From the human T2T-CHM13v2.0 reference genome, Homo sapiens, in assembly GCF_009914755.1 (NCBI RefSeq), contig NC_060945.1: a stretch of 64,000 nucleotides of DNA. The stretch is one strand, 5' to 3'. This document shows positions 51,395-63,906 of the stretch, piece by piece. Each line of letters begins with the position of its first letter. Position 1 is the first letter of the stretch. Both the position numbers and the translations under genes were made by a program. The notes below the pieces were generated by a model that saw only the letters and a list, made by a program, of their open reading frames with translations, did not search any database and was not told where the DNA came from.

Positions 51395-52549
51395 TGTATG
51401 AGTCTGTTCTCACACTGCTGTAAGGAACTACCTGAGACTGGGTAATGGACGAAGAAAAGAGGTTTCATTGACTCACAGTTCTGTAGGCTGTATAGGAAGC
51501 ATGGCTGTGAGGCCTCAGGAAACTTACAACCATGGAGGAAGGCTAAGGGGATTCAGGCACCTTATTCACGTGACGGAGCAGGAGAAAGAGAGACAAGGGA
51601 AGAAGCGCCACACGCTTTTAAACCATCAAATCTCATGGGAACTTGCTCACTACTGAGGACTAAGCTCTCATTTTTTTTTTTTTTTTTTTTTTATCTTGCC
51701 CAAATTCCTATCTAGATGATCCTAAATCCTATCTGGATGGTCATGTCCTACAAACCATAAATTCTCATGAGATGGTTTTATTTAACCCTACATGTTGTGA
51801 CTTACTTTCCAGTCTGACTCTGGCATGACATTATGTGACAAAGAAGAAAGTCAAAATAATTTACCCCAAAACATGTTTCTTTGACATATCTTTGCTCTGC
51901 AAAGCTGTCCTTTGTGGGGGAAAATTTGCATCTCTAAAGAATCTGTATTAACATAGCTAGATCTTTTTCTTCCAAGTCCTCCCAATCCTGAAGAGATTAA
52001 AAGTCTAGCACCTTTTAAAGATTTAAATAGGAAACATTGTCATCTATTGTCTCTAAGGGCAGCCACTATGAGACTTCCAAAGAAACTTGGTCTCCACAAT
52101 CTTTTATCTTAACTAACATTTCCTTTCTATGATCCCAGGTCTTTAGACAAACTCAACCAATTGTTAACCAGAAAATGTTTAGATTCACCAAAAGCCTGGA
52201 AGTCCCCACTTTGAGTTGTCCCACCTTTCTGGACCAAACCAGTATATTTCTTAAATGTATTTGGCTGATGTCTCATGCCTCCCTAAAATCTACAAATCCA
52301 AGCTGTACCCCGACCACCTTGGGTACATGTTCTCAGGACCTCCTGAAGGCTGTGTCACAGGCCATGGTCACTCATATTTGGCTCAGAACAAATCTCTTCA
52401 AATATTTTACAGAGTCTGACTCTTTTTGTCGACACTATCATGAGAACAGCAAGGAGGAAATTCGCCCCTATGATTCAGTCGCCTCTCACCAGGCCCCTCC
52501 TCCAATTCGACATGAGATTTGGGTGGGGACACAAATCCAAAACATGTCA
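51395..52549 (-). mobile_element. MST/THE1-type MaLR solo LTR, split by a nested MER4 LTR
   Basis: tgtatgagtctgttctcacactgct...atgtca termini; perfect 5-bp TSD CTCCT at 51390-51394 and 52550-52554. Confidence 0.9.
51654..52434 (+). mobile_element. MER4-family (ERV1) solo LTR
   Basis: TGAGGACTAAGCTCT...aatattttacagagtctgactctttttgtcgaCA; 4-bp TSD CTAC/CTAT. Confidence 0.85.
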
Positions 52550-52926
52550 CTCCTCAAAAAGACATTTGTCTTCATGGTAGGGCGTAGCCTATACATGCTG
52601 TTGCTATCACTGCCAATAGCAGAAATGATGTCAATGTTTCCGGTTTCCAGAAAAGTGTAGGACCCCTGGGATAAGCCTCTTCCTACATATATAAATAGGC
52701 AGATGAGAATATTGATGTCAATGTCAGATAACTCAGCCATAATTTACATCTCAGCAGATATGTGCAACAGAGGAAAATGCAGTTACTGTATCTGGTGTAT
52801 AATGTATAGCTAGAAAAAGTCCTGTAATGATTTCTAGGGCTCGGCAGACCCCTAAAAGTGAGCCGAAATTCCATCATGCAGAGATAGTTGATGGCACTGG
52901 GAAGTCAGTGAAGAAGTGGTTGATAA

Positions 52927-53271
<345 letters not shown>

Positions 53272-53281
53272 CAGCCATAGA

Positions 53282-53350
53282 CTTCTTACAGTTGAAATAC
53301 AATGATGATTTTTTGCATCATTAGTCATGGTTAAATGCCATGTGAGAATT
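53282..53350 (+). pseudogene. NUMT: mt-tRNA-Glu pseudogene
   Basis: ttcttacagttgaaatacaatgatgattttttgcatcattagtcatggtt aligns with GTTCTTGTAGTTGAAATACAACGATGGTTTTTCATATCATTGGTCGTGGTT. Confidence 0.88.
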
Positions 53351-54175
<825 letters not shown>

Positions 54176-54196
<21 letters not shown>

Positions 54197-55550
54197 GAGT
54201 GTGGCTAGGAAAGTGGGGTGAGGAAAGAGAGAAAGTAAAGTTTGATTAGGCCTTTTTGGTTGGATACAGTTGTTGAGGTTAGTGTTTGGAGCTGCGTTGC
54301 ATTTGTTGGTATTGTTGTTCTATTCAGATCAGGTCTAGCTGGAGGGATGCTGTGTTTAGACCGGCAGTTAGATTCAAGTGTGGTGTCGGGCCAGGTGAAT
54401 TGGAATTGGGAAATATTCTAATAGGTTGGAAATTTATGTGGGTGTAAGCGGGGTTCAAATCTGAGATGACGTATGATGAAGTTGCATTCTATTGCCACCG
54501 TAAATGCTGAGAAGCCACAGCAAGAGCTGTGAATTGTGGGTCTGAGGGTGTGGTTATGTGGGGCAGAGAGATGGGAGTCATGATGGTGGAGGTGAAGAAT
54601 CCGGCAGAGGCACCACCAACTGAGTTGATTAGAAGGGGTCACTTTCCTTGATGACACAACCAGGTTGTGAAGCCAGGTTGCTCTAAGAGCGGGAAGACAG
54701 CATTCGAGTGTGAAGGCAGCTGTGAGGGAGGAGGCGAGGGGCAGAATCAGGAGGGCGCAGGTGTGGGTATATGTGTGTTTGTGGTTTTGACGATCAGGTC
54801 TTTGGAGCAGGTGCCCCCGAGGAAAGGTGCACACATGCGCGCAAGGCTGCCGGTGACGTGTGAGGACGAGGTCAAGGGTAAGGCTTTCAATAGGCCCTCA
54901 TTTTTTTGAATGTCTTCCATGGCTGATGGTGGTCATGGGCCCAATTCGTGGGAGAATATCAGCGTTAGGGTTGAGAATGAATATGTGTTGAAATTCTCCC
55001 GTGTTGGAGCACAGTGGAAATCATGCTGCAATGAAACCGATTCTCCCATGAGGTCGTAGAAGCTGCTTGCAGGGCTGCTGCGTTAGCCTCTGCTCCATCA
55101 GCCAGGTGGTGGAAATGATATAATACCTACTCCTCCCCATCTGATACAAGTTGAACTGGATGGTTGGTGGTGACTAGGATTAGCAGCATGGTGAGAAATA
55201 TGGGTAGATATTTAAAGAATTGATTGGTATTAGGATCTGAGTGCATATGTTACATTGAGAACTCTGTAAATCACCATGTGACAAAAAGTGCTATTGGTAA
55301 TAATCGCGTTTAAAACTAAGTGAGAGCTTTCGGGTTTGGATAGTTATTCAGGGTCAGTGTGAGATAATAGTTGCTTGGCCCGAGTGAATAAACATGAGAG
55401 CTGGGGTAATTCTGGTAATGAAGTTTGCACACTGTGGACGTCTTTACTGAATTGGGTAGGCGTTATCTCGACAGGTGCTGGTTGAGTAATAACAGTTGGT
55501 GAAGTCAATAAGATTCATGAAGTTAGAATGAAAGAGGAGAATACATTTAT
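54176..55550 (-). pseudogene. MTND5P1: NUMT: ND5 pseudogene (internally deleted)
   Basis: ATA start directly after tRNA-Leu; C-terminal QKGLIKLYFLSF (aaaggcctaatcaaactttactttctctc), gccatggaag (AME), cagatcctaat (SDPN); ~1375 bp versus ~1.8 kb full length. Symbol from memory. Confidence 0.88.
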
Positions 55551-55620
55551 TACTTTTATTTGGAGTTGCACCAATTTTTTGATTCCTAAGACCGATGGAT
55601 TACTTCTATCCTTTAAAAGT
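55551..55620 (-). pseudogene. NUMT: mt-tRNA-Leu(CUN) copy, nearly intact
   Basis: Reverse complement ACTTTTAAAGGATAGAAGTAATCCATCGGTCTTAGGAATCAAAAAATTGGTGCAACTCCAAATAAAAGTA; TAG anticodon. Confidence 0.93.
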
Positions 55621-55659
55621 TGAGAGAGAAAAAACAAAAAACAAACAAAAAAAACTAGT

Positions 55660-56250
55660 TAAGAGTTGGTCACAGCCGACACCAGGAAAAGGCAGTCTTC
55701 CAATAGACAGAAAGCACCGCACCTGAAGCTGGTGATCTGCAGCTTCCCAGTAAGACCTCAGGAGTTGGGCGAGTGGGTTCAAGCACATTAAGAAGCAAAG
55801 TGGTGAAGTTTAACTGGTATGTGACCTTCCGCTGGAATGCTCAGCTGGCAAGGGAAGAGCACCTCAAGTGAGCATGTGTACAATTTCAGGGCACACATTG
55901 TGCACGCAGCCCCTCCCACATGCTGGCAGGCCACGGCGCGCGTGACAGCCCACCCCAAGGGAAGAATCACAGGAGAAGAGACGCAGACCCCGGAACCATG
56001 CCAATGTATAAAAACCCAAGTCAAAAGTCAAACTGTGCACTTGAATCTTCCAAGTCGCCCACTTGACCCTCTTCCAAGTGTACTTTACTTCCTTTTGTTC
56101 CTACTCTAAAACTGTTTAATCAACTTTCACTTGTGCTCTAAAACTTGCCTCAGCCCCTCACTCTGCCTTATGCCCCTCAGACGAGTTATTTCCTTTGAGG
56201 AGGGAGGAATTGAGTTACTTCAGGCCCGGATGGATCCACCGCTGCTGACG
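55660..56250 (+). mobile_element. ERV1 LTR (MER50-like), 5'-truncated, followed by a PBS-like site
   Basis: ggaaaaggcagtct...gaagctggtgatc...gtataaaaacccaagtcaaa...ccctcttccaagtgtactttactt; followed by tttggtgccgtgactcggat. Confidence 0.75.
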
Positions 56251-58065
56251 TACTTTGGTGCTGACGTACTTTGGTGCCGTGACTCGGATACATTCCCTAG
56301 AGGTAAGAGATCTCTACGCTTTGCCTTCATGAATATTCCTCTTGCTTCCTCCCACTTCCTCCCATAGCCAAGGGATTGTCCCATCTGCTTAAGCATTTGT
56401 TCTTCATGTTACCCCGGGAGGACGAGGAACCCCAAATACAAATCTTCCTCCATTTCTCTAATCACTTCCATGCTCTTCTCAATATGCACCAAGACCTTCA
56501 AGGTCATATCTGAAGGGAGGGGAGTCCGACCCCCTGTGGCAATTAGCCAAAAAAAAAAAAAAAGGCTTCTGATATGGTTTAATCTCATCTTAAATTGTAA
56601 TGCCCACATGTTAAGAACGAGACCTGGTGGGAGGTGATTGGATTGTGAAGCAGTCTCCCCAGGCTGTTCTTGTGATGGTGAGTGAGTTCTCATGAGATCT
56701 GATGGTTTAAAAGTGATTGGCAGTTCCTCCCTTGCTCTCTCTCTCCTGCCACCCTGCAAGCTGTGCCTTGCTTCCCCTTCACGTTCTGCCATGATTGTAA
56801 GTTTCCTGAGGCCTCCCCAGTCATGAAGAACTGTGAGTCAATTAAACCTCCTTTTTAAATAAATGACCCAGTCTCAGGCATTCTTTATAGCAGTGTGAAA
56901 ATAGACTAATACAGCTCCTCATCTCCTTCAAGAACATGGGAACTGGGAATCCGAGAAGAGATACCACCTTGTTGCTAGCATGCTCCAAGTGAGAGTCACT
57001 ATCAGGTCATGGAGATGAGGATATAGGATGGCCCAAGGCCGCAGGTGCAAGAGACCCATAGGACAGAGATGAAGGTTTTTCCCAGGCTATCAGATTACCA
57101 TTAGAACAGAGATGAAGGCAAGGTGAGGGGTACACAGACCAGTTCATTCCACAACCCCAAGGATGAACACGGGGCCCCCTGTTCATTCTGGCATCTTCCT
57201 TGTTCTCATGCGGGTAATTGTGACAAAATGGGACCAAGGTTAAGGGTACGTCGTAAAATGGGTTCATTCTGGAACCCTAAGGATGAATGGGGGTGCCCTG
57301 TTCAGGAAAGGATAATAAGGAAATAACAGGGGACTCCTTCTTTTTCCTTTTTTTTCCTCCTCTGTTCTCTCTGGATAATCACATCTCTATACCACAGGAC
57401 ACACCCCTTAAATGCATCCCCAAGAACTGGGAAAAATTTGATCCTCCAAAGCTTAAAACAAAAAACTCACTTTCCTTTGTAATAAAAAGGAACTGGGAGA
57501 AAATTACAAGAGTCAACCTTAGAACCCAGTGTCCCTATGCAGAAAAATCCTCAAATTAGCCTCCTCAGTTGTTTATAACTGAGAGCAGAATAAGGAGGAC
57601 AGGGCTAAGGAGAAGGAGAAACGCAGGGACAAGAGGCAGGCTCAACTATTGGCTGTTTTACAAGCCCTCCCGCCCCTCCAGGTTGCCCTCAGAACACCCT
57701 CCCAGGTAACTGCCATCGCTGCGGGAAGCCAGGCCACTGGAAGGCAGACTGCATCAGTCGGACAAATGGGAGGAAGCTCCACACAGCTGGCCCCCTCCGC
57801 CACACTCAGCCAGTGGAACAGGACTGCCCTGAGGGCTGAAGGGCCCTGGGACAGATTCTCAACCCCTGATGACTTTCAGCTGAAGGAACTGTCTGCACAG
57901 CTGGCCTCCAAGTCAGACATCGTATAAATTAACAAATTTCCTTGTCAATTGTGTCTAACTGCGGCTGCCCCAAGACTTATCATACACAGACAATTGTTGC
58001 TTCATTTTAATCCCCTTTAAAAGATGGTTTTATAATCAATATAGGACTCTAATAACAGGTGCTCT
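56251..58065 (+). mobile_element. ERV1 internal remnant with gag fragments
   Basis: Matrix-like SIPQDTPLKCIPKNWEKFDP (~57385-57445); CCHC knuckle CHRCGKPGHWKADC at 57711-57752. Confidence 0.8.
56570..56913 (+). mobile_element. THE1/MST solo LTR nested in the ERV1 leader
   Basis: TGATATGGTTT...gcagtgtgaaaatagactaataCA; 5-bp TSD GCTTC/GCTCC. Confidence 0.9.
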
Positions 58066-58069
58066 TAAG

Positions 58070-58382
58070 TCACCTGCCCCAGAGGGGAGGCTTGAGTGAC
58101 ACCTGGAGCTCCTGCACCATGGGGGAGACATGAGTGACACCTGAGCACCTGTATCTTGTAGGAGGTCTGGGTGTGACGTGAGCCCCTGCAGCAGAGGGGA
58201 GGCTTCAGGAACACCTGGAGCACCGGCATCTCACAGGAAGGAGGCTTGGGTGTGACCTGAGCACCTGCACCACGGGAGAGGCTTGGGTAGTGTGTGGACA
58301 CCTAGACCACAGGGAGGCCTGGGAACTGCCTGAGCACCTGCACCACGGGAGAGGCTTGGGTGACACTTGGGCACCTGCACCC
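58070..58382. repeat. Diverged ~38-40 bp tandem repeat (cacctgagcacctgcaccacgggagaggcttgggtga), ~8 copies
   Basis: Repeated gaggcttg...cacctg motifs. Confidence 0.75.
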
Positions 58383-59324
58383 AACACAGGTAGCAGTGAT
58401 CACAGTGAAAACATTTTGTTAGCAGTCGTCTGCTTCCTGTCCTGGCATGAGCAGCAACGGGTAAAGGGCACTCTTGTCAGCTGAGGGGATGAGTGGGGCT
58501 CTGCCCAGCTGGTTGGAGACTCCAGCAGGTTTGCAGGAGGAGACGGAAGAGCAAGGAGTGGAGGCAAAAACTGCTGCCAAGATCCTGTGGGAAAACAGGA
58601 ACCCAAAGAAGGAACTCCAATGGGAAACTAATTTAGACAACAATGATCTTAAAGTTTTTGCTCCTTCGAGACTGTTGAAAAGAACTCCCACGAGTGAACA
58701 AAAGACGCCTGGCCGAGGACACTCCAGAGTGCTGTCACGAGGGTTCCCTGCAGTTTTCAGAAACTTGGAGCATGTGGCCACAGCGGCTTGCACGTGATTC
58801 ATACGGCACATCTTGTCACCATGTAAATGTTTATCAGCAGAGACAAAGACCAGAAGAGCAACCTTGGAAAGAGCTAAATATTCCGATGTTCCAGCATTTT
58901 CCCCTCTGGTTTGTATTGTGAATTTTTAAAATCTCGATTGACAAGTTCTGGTGTTTTTAGTTTTGTTTCCACCCAGCAGTGCTGGTGCCCTTTGATTGTA
59001 AACAGAGCAGAGTGCACCGGGTGGGAGTGCATGTGGCTCCCTGCGTGTGCCTGGGTGCTGGCAGCACCTTGTCTGCCTCCTTCCTCCCTGGCGCCAGCTC
59101 CTGACGCAATCAGAGGCCCAGTGACACCCACAGCACAGGGAGGAAGTGCGTGGATGTCCAGGTCCCTCCACGGAGCACAGCTGTGTAGCTTCAGGTGCTC
59201 AGGGAGGATGCCCCATTCACTCCTCCCTCATGGGTAAACTGAGGCACAGGGATGGGGAACTGGCCAGTGGGACTAAACACAAGATGTCCTGACTCCTGTG
59301 TGGGACTGTTGCCTCTTTGGGCCT

Positions 59325-60671
59325 TGCATTCATCAGGGCTCAGCAAGGAAACAGAGCCACTAGGATGTGTGGAGAGGAGCAGAGACTTTGCACGAGGCAT
59401 TGGCTCCTGTGCGGTGTGGGCGGGCAGGCTCAGGACCCAGAAGAGCCCATGGTGCAGGCCAAGCCCAAAGGCAGGCTGCAGGAGAAGGCCTTCTGGCCCA
59501 GGGGGGCCAGCCTTCTTACTCTATTTTGGCCTTCAACTGATTGGAGGAGTGTAGGGACCAGCCCCACAGGGTTGGTGGGTCTCTCCCTGTGTGCAGCGAC
59601 GAGAGAGTGTAGAAATAAAGACACAAGACAAAGAGATAAGAGAAAAGGCAGCTGGGCCCGGGGGACCACTACCACCAATGCACAGAGACCAGTAGTGGCC
59701 CCGAATGCCAGGCTGCGCTGTTATTTATTGGATACAAGGCAGAAGGGGCAGGGTAAAGAATGTGAGTCACCTCCAATGATAGGTAAGGTCATGTGGGTCA
59801 CGTGTCCACTGGATGGGGGGCCCTTCCCTGCCTGGCAGCCGAGGCAGAGAAGGAGAGGAGACAGAGAGAAAGACAGCTTACGCCATTATTTCTGCATATC
59901 AGGGACTATTAGTACTTTCACTAATTGACTACTGCTATCTAGAAGGCAGAGCCAGGTGTACAGGATGGAACATGAAGGCAGACTAGGAGCATGACCACTG
60001 AAGCACAGCATCACAGGGAGACGGTTAGGCCTCCGGATAACTGTGGGCGAGTCTGACTCATGTCAGGCCCTCCACAAGAGGTGGAGGAGCAGAGTCTTCT
60101 CTAAACTCCCCCGGGGAAAGGGAGACCACCCCGCCCCCCTGCCGCTTTCCCGGTCTGCTAAGTAGCGGGTGTTGTTCCTTGACACCTTTTGCTACCGCTG
60201 GACCACGGTCCACCTGGTAACAGGCATCTTCCCAGACGCTGGCGTCACCGCTAGACCAAGGAGCCCTCTGGTGGCCCTGTCCGGGCATAACAGAAGGCTC
60301 ACACTCCTGTCTTCCGGTCACACTTCACTGTGTCCCCTCAGCTCCTATCTCTGTATGGCCTGGTTTTTCCTAGGCTATGATTATAGAGCGAGGATTATTA
60401 TAATATTGGAATAAAAAGTAATTGCTACAAACTAATGATTAATGATATTCATGTATAATCATATCTAAGATCTATATCTGGTACAACTATTCTTGTTTTA
60501 TATTTTATTATACTGGAACAGCTCGTGTCCTCTGTCTCTTGCCTTGGCGCCTGGGTGGCTTGCCGCCCACAGATGAGGCCCACCCACCTGCTTTACCCGA
60601 AGTTCACAGATTTAAAAATTAATCTCATCCAAAAACACACGCCAAATTGACCCATGAAGTTAACCATCACA
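59325..60671 (-). mobile_element. MLT2 (ERVL) LTR split by LTR13
   Basis: ggccttcaactgattgga|tgaggcccacccac consensus split at the insertion; ends ttaaccatcaca. Confidence 0.75.
59550..60571 (-). mobile_element. LTR13 (ERVK/HML-4) solo LTR, full length
   Basis: Reverse complement begins TGTGGGCGGCAAGCCACCCAGGCGCC...GAGCTGTTCCAGTATAATAAAATATAAAACAAGAATAG; 6-bp TSD GAGGAG/GATGAG. Confidence 0.88.
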
Positions 60672-60972
60672 GCTATCAGGTGGGGCTCTCAGAGGTCCCC
60701 ACAGCGCGCCTGACCTGGGTGGTTTCTCCCCTTCTCCCCGTCTGGCCACCTTGCCTCTGAGGGTACTTCCGGGGGCTCTGCCAGCAGGTGTACCCCAGGA
60801 TGACCAGCCTGCCCTGCCTGAAGCTGCCTCCCCACAGGCCCGGCCAGGTCCCTGATGGTCTCTGCACTTCCTCCAGTCACCCCTATCCTTCCTGGCCCCG
60901 CAGGCCCCACCTGCAACCCCAGTGAAATCTGAGCACCCCAGCCCTGAGAGGTGTGGCTGCTCCTCCATGGGT

Positions 60973-61161
60973 GGGGTTGGCAGATGGAGCTGATAAAAAT
61001 GCAGGCTGGCCAGTTACATCTGGATTTCAGATCGATAGCTGTCTTTCAGTGTAAGTACGTCCCGTGTAACATTTGGGATATACTTACACTAAAAAATGTA
61101 TTCATTGTTTATCTGAAATTCAGATTTCACCAGGCACCCTGCATGTTTATGTGGCATCCTC
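60973..61161. mobile_element. MER53 palindromic hAT MITE
   Basis: ggggttggcagat...ataaaaatgcagg...atttcagat / atctgaaattcagattt...ctgcatgtttat; whole element is an imperfect palindrome. Confidence 0.8.
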
Positions 61162-61642
61162 GGCCCCACCTCTCCTGAGGCCAGCAACTCCAGGCCAGAC
61201 ACACTGGAGCCCCTGGCTGCCCAGGGCCGGCCAAGGAGAGGCAAGGGCAGGGCCAGGCCTCAGGGATGGCGACAGCAGGGATGTGTGGGGGTGGGGGTCT
61301 CTGCTGCAGGCTGGGCTGGGCTTGGCACATCCCCATGCTCCACGCGCATGCAGGGGCGATGGGGGCGGCCTCTGAGGTCATGGAATTCCCTGGGCTCTCC
61401 TGGCCTCTGGGGCTCCTCATGCTCACAGGTTCTCTGGCCTGGCCCCTTGGCCCTGCTTTTCTGGCTCCCTGAGGAGGCTGTGACAGGTCAGCACCCACCA
61501 GCCCTCTCAGGGCTCCTGGTTACCTACTGGCCTGAAGGAGGCTCTGGAAAAATCAAAGCTTTTAGAAACTAGGAGGGTCTGGTTAGTCTTAAAATCCCAG
61601 ATGTGGACCTGCACCGAGAAGGAACAGGCTGGGAGTGGTCAC

Positions 61643-62610
61643 TGCATTAGTCCATTTTCACACTGCTGTGAAGAACTGCTTGAGACTGGGTAATTTAGAA
61701 AGGAAAGAGCTTTAATTGACTCACAGCTCAGCATGGTTGGAAAGGCCCCAGGGACACTCACAATCCCGGTGGAAGGGGAAGCAAGGCACCTTCTTCAGAA
61801 GGCGGCAGGAAAGAGAAGCAACGCAGGAGGAGCTACTGAGCATGTATGAAACCACCAGGTCTCCTGAGAGCTCACTGTCACAAGAACAGCATGGGGGGAC
61901 CACCCCATCATCCAGTCACCTCCACCTGGTCTCTCCCGTGCATGGGAACAGCATGGGGGGACCACCCCATCATCCAGTCACCTCCACCTGGTCTCTCCCG
62001 TGCATGGGAACAGCATGGGGGGACCACCCCATCATCCAGTCTCCTCCACCTGGTCTCTCCCGTGCATGGGAACAGCATGGGGGGACCACCCCATCATCCA
62101 GTCACCTCCACCTGGTCTCTCCCGTGCATGGGAACAGCATGGGGGGACCACCCCATCATCCAGTCACCTCCACCTGGTCACTCTCGTGCATGAGAACAGC
62201 ATGGGGGGACCACCCCATCATCCAGTCACCTCCACCTGGTCTCTCCCGTGCATGAGAACAGCATGGGGGGACCACCCCATCATCCAGTCACCTCCACCTG
62301 GTCTCTCCCGTGCATGAGAACAGCATGGGGGGACCACCCCATCATCCAGTCACCTCCACCTGGTCTCTCCCGTGCATGGGAACAGCATGGGGGGACCACC
62401 CCATCATCCAGTCACCTCCACCTGGTCTCTCCCGTGCATGGGAACAGCATGGGGGGACCACCCCACCATCCAGTCACCTCCACCTGGTCTCTCCCGTGCA
62501 TGAAAACAGCATGGGGGGACCACCCCATCATCCATTCACCTCCACCTGGTCTCTCCTGTGACACATGAGGATTATGGGGATTATGGGGCTTACAATTCAA
62601 GATGAGACAC
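61643..62610 (-). mobile_element. THE1/MST LTR containing an internal VNTR
   Basis: tgcattagtccattttcacactgct...gagactgggtaattt...tacaattcaagatgag. Confidence 0.87.
61880..62560. repeat. 62-bp VNTR, 11 near-identical copies
   Basis: Unit gcatgggaacagcatggggggaccaccccatcatccagtcacctccacctggtctctcccgt, period 62. Confidence 0.96.
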
Positions 62611-63002
62611 AGCTGCTTCTTCCTTTGTTCTTCCTTTCCACACTTCTGGGGTTAATAAGCGCTGTGCTTTGTTATATAGCTGATAAAACAGTCAAAGGCC
62701 TAAGCTATTGTCAAAAACAGTATAATGCCACTAGCTTTTGAGTGTGTATGTCAAAATCTGTTTTTCTGTATCTAACTTTTCTTACTTCCTTTTGCAAAGG
62801 GAACCTGCTTAGCCTGATAGTGATAGTGATAGTGTCATACTTACGGGAAGCCAGCTCCCTCGACTTTTTCGTTTTTATCCCTCTATTTTTCTCGGGCTGG
62901 AGGGCATTGACACATTCATTTATTTATTTCTCAGAAAAGGCAACAGAGGTTCAGGGAGGCTAATGACTTGCCCAAGTTCACATTGCTAACCTACAACAGG
63001 GC

Positions 63003-63906
63003 TGAAGGGGATCATGTCTACGGTGGTCCATTTCCAAGACAAAGTGCCTTGAATCGGCTTAGGTCTGCAAAATACAGAAGAAACAGGATATCCCAGGCCC
63101 CTGCTCAGACAGCCGATGCCTGCTTATCGGGATCCCCCTTAGTTGCCCTCACCTGAACCAAAGAAGTTTAGTCTAAGATAAAAGTTTACCAGTCTGCAAA
63201 ATAGCTGGCTTTGTCTGTTCTTATCAGCCTGCCAGCTACGTAGGTCATAAGTCAAATATTTAAAGAGCCCCAGGGCTAACTAGGATTGCAATGCACTGTG
63301 GGCTGCAACAAAATGCAGCAAGACAACCCTAAAAAGACACCTACAGCCCCTGCCCAACAACCAATAGGTGACATCTGGGAAGACTGTGACCCCATAGTGC
63401 TCAGCCTATGAGGAACTGGGGGAGGGACCTGCACACTAAGGGATAAAGTGCTTGTTAAAACCATGCTGGAGGCTGGTGCAGTGGCTCACGCCTGTAATCC
63501 CAGCACTTTAGGAGGCCGACGTGAGGCAGGCGGATCACTTGGGGTCAGGAGTTTGACACCAGCCTGGCCAACCTGGTAAAACCCCATCTCTATTGAAAAC
63601 ACGAAAATTAGCCAGGCGTGGTGGTGAGTGCCTGTGATCCCAGCTACTCAGGAGGCTGAGGCAGGAGGATCACTTGGACTCGGGAGGCAGAGTTACAGTG
63701 AGCCGAGATCCTGCCACCGCACTCCAGCCTGGGCGACAGAGAAAGACCCCATCTCAAAACAACAGCAACAACAACAAAACCGGGCTGGGCGTGCCTTCCC
63801 ATCGGACACCCGACCTCGCAAGACTGTCATTAAAAGTCTCACTCTCGCTGTTCTCTGGGTTGTGAGTCCATTCTCTGGGTGTGGACAGGTGAGTTTGTTT
63901 CTCACA
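63003..63906 (+). mobile_element. LTR (probably ERV1 class, family not assigned) inserted in a MIR and interrupted by an Alu
   Basis: TG...CA termini, cattaaaagtctcact poly-A-like signal; MIR halves on both sides (gacttgcccaagttcaca / ccaggacttgaactcagg). Confidence 0.6.
63471..63776 (+). mobile_element. AluS/J with (CAA)n tail
   Basis: Alu consensus; degenerate TSD aaaaccatgctgg/aaaaccgggctgg. Confidence 0.9.

Noticed and set aside
58390-59000. mRNA-like stretch with a 107-aa ORF, possible processed pseudogene
   Set aside because: No recognisable parent protein, poly-A tail or TSD; a BLASTX or Dfam search would be needed
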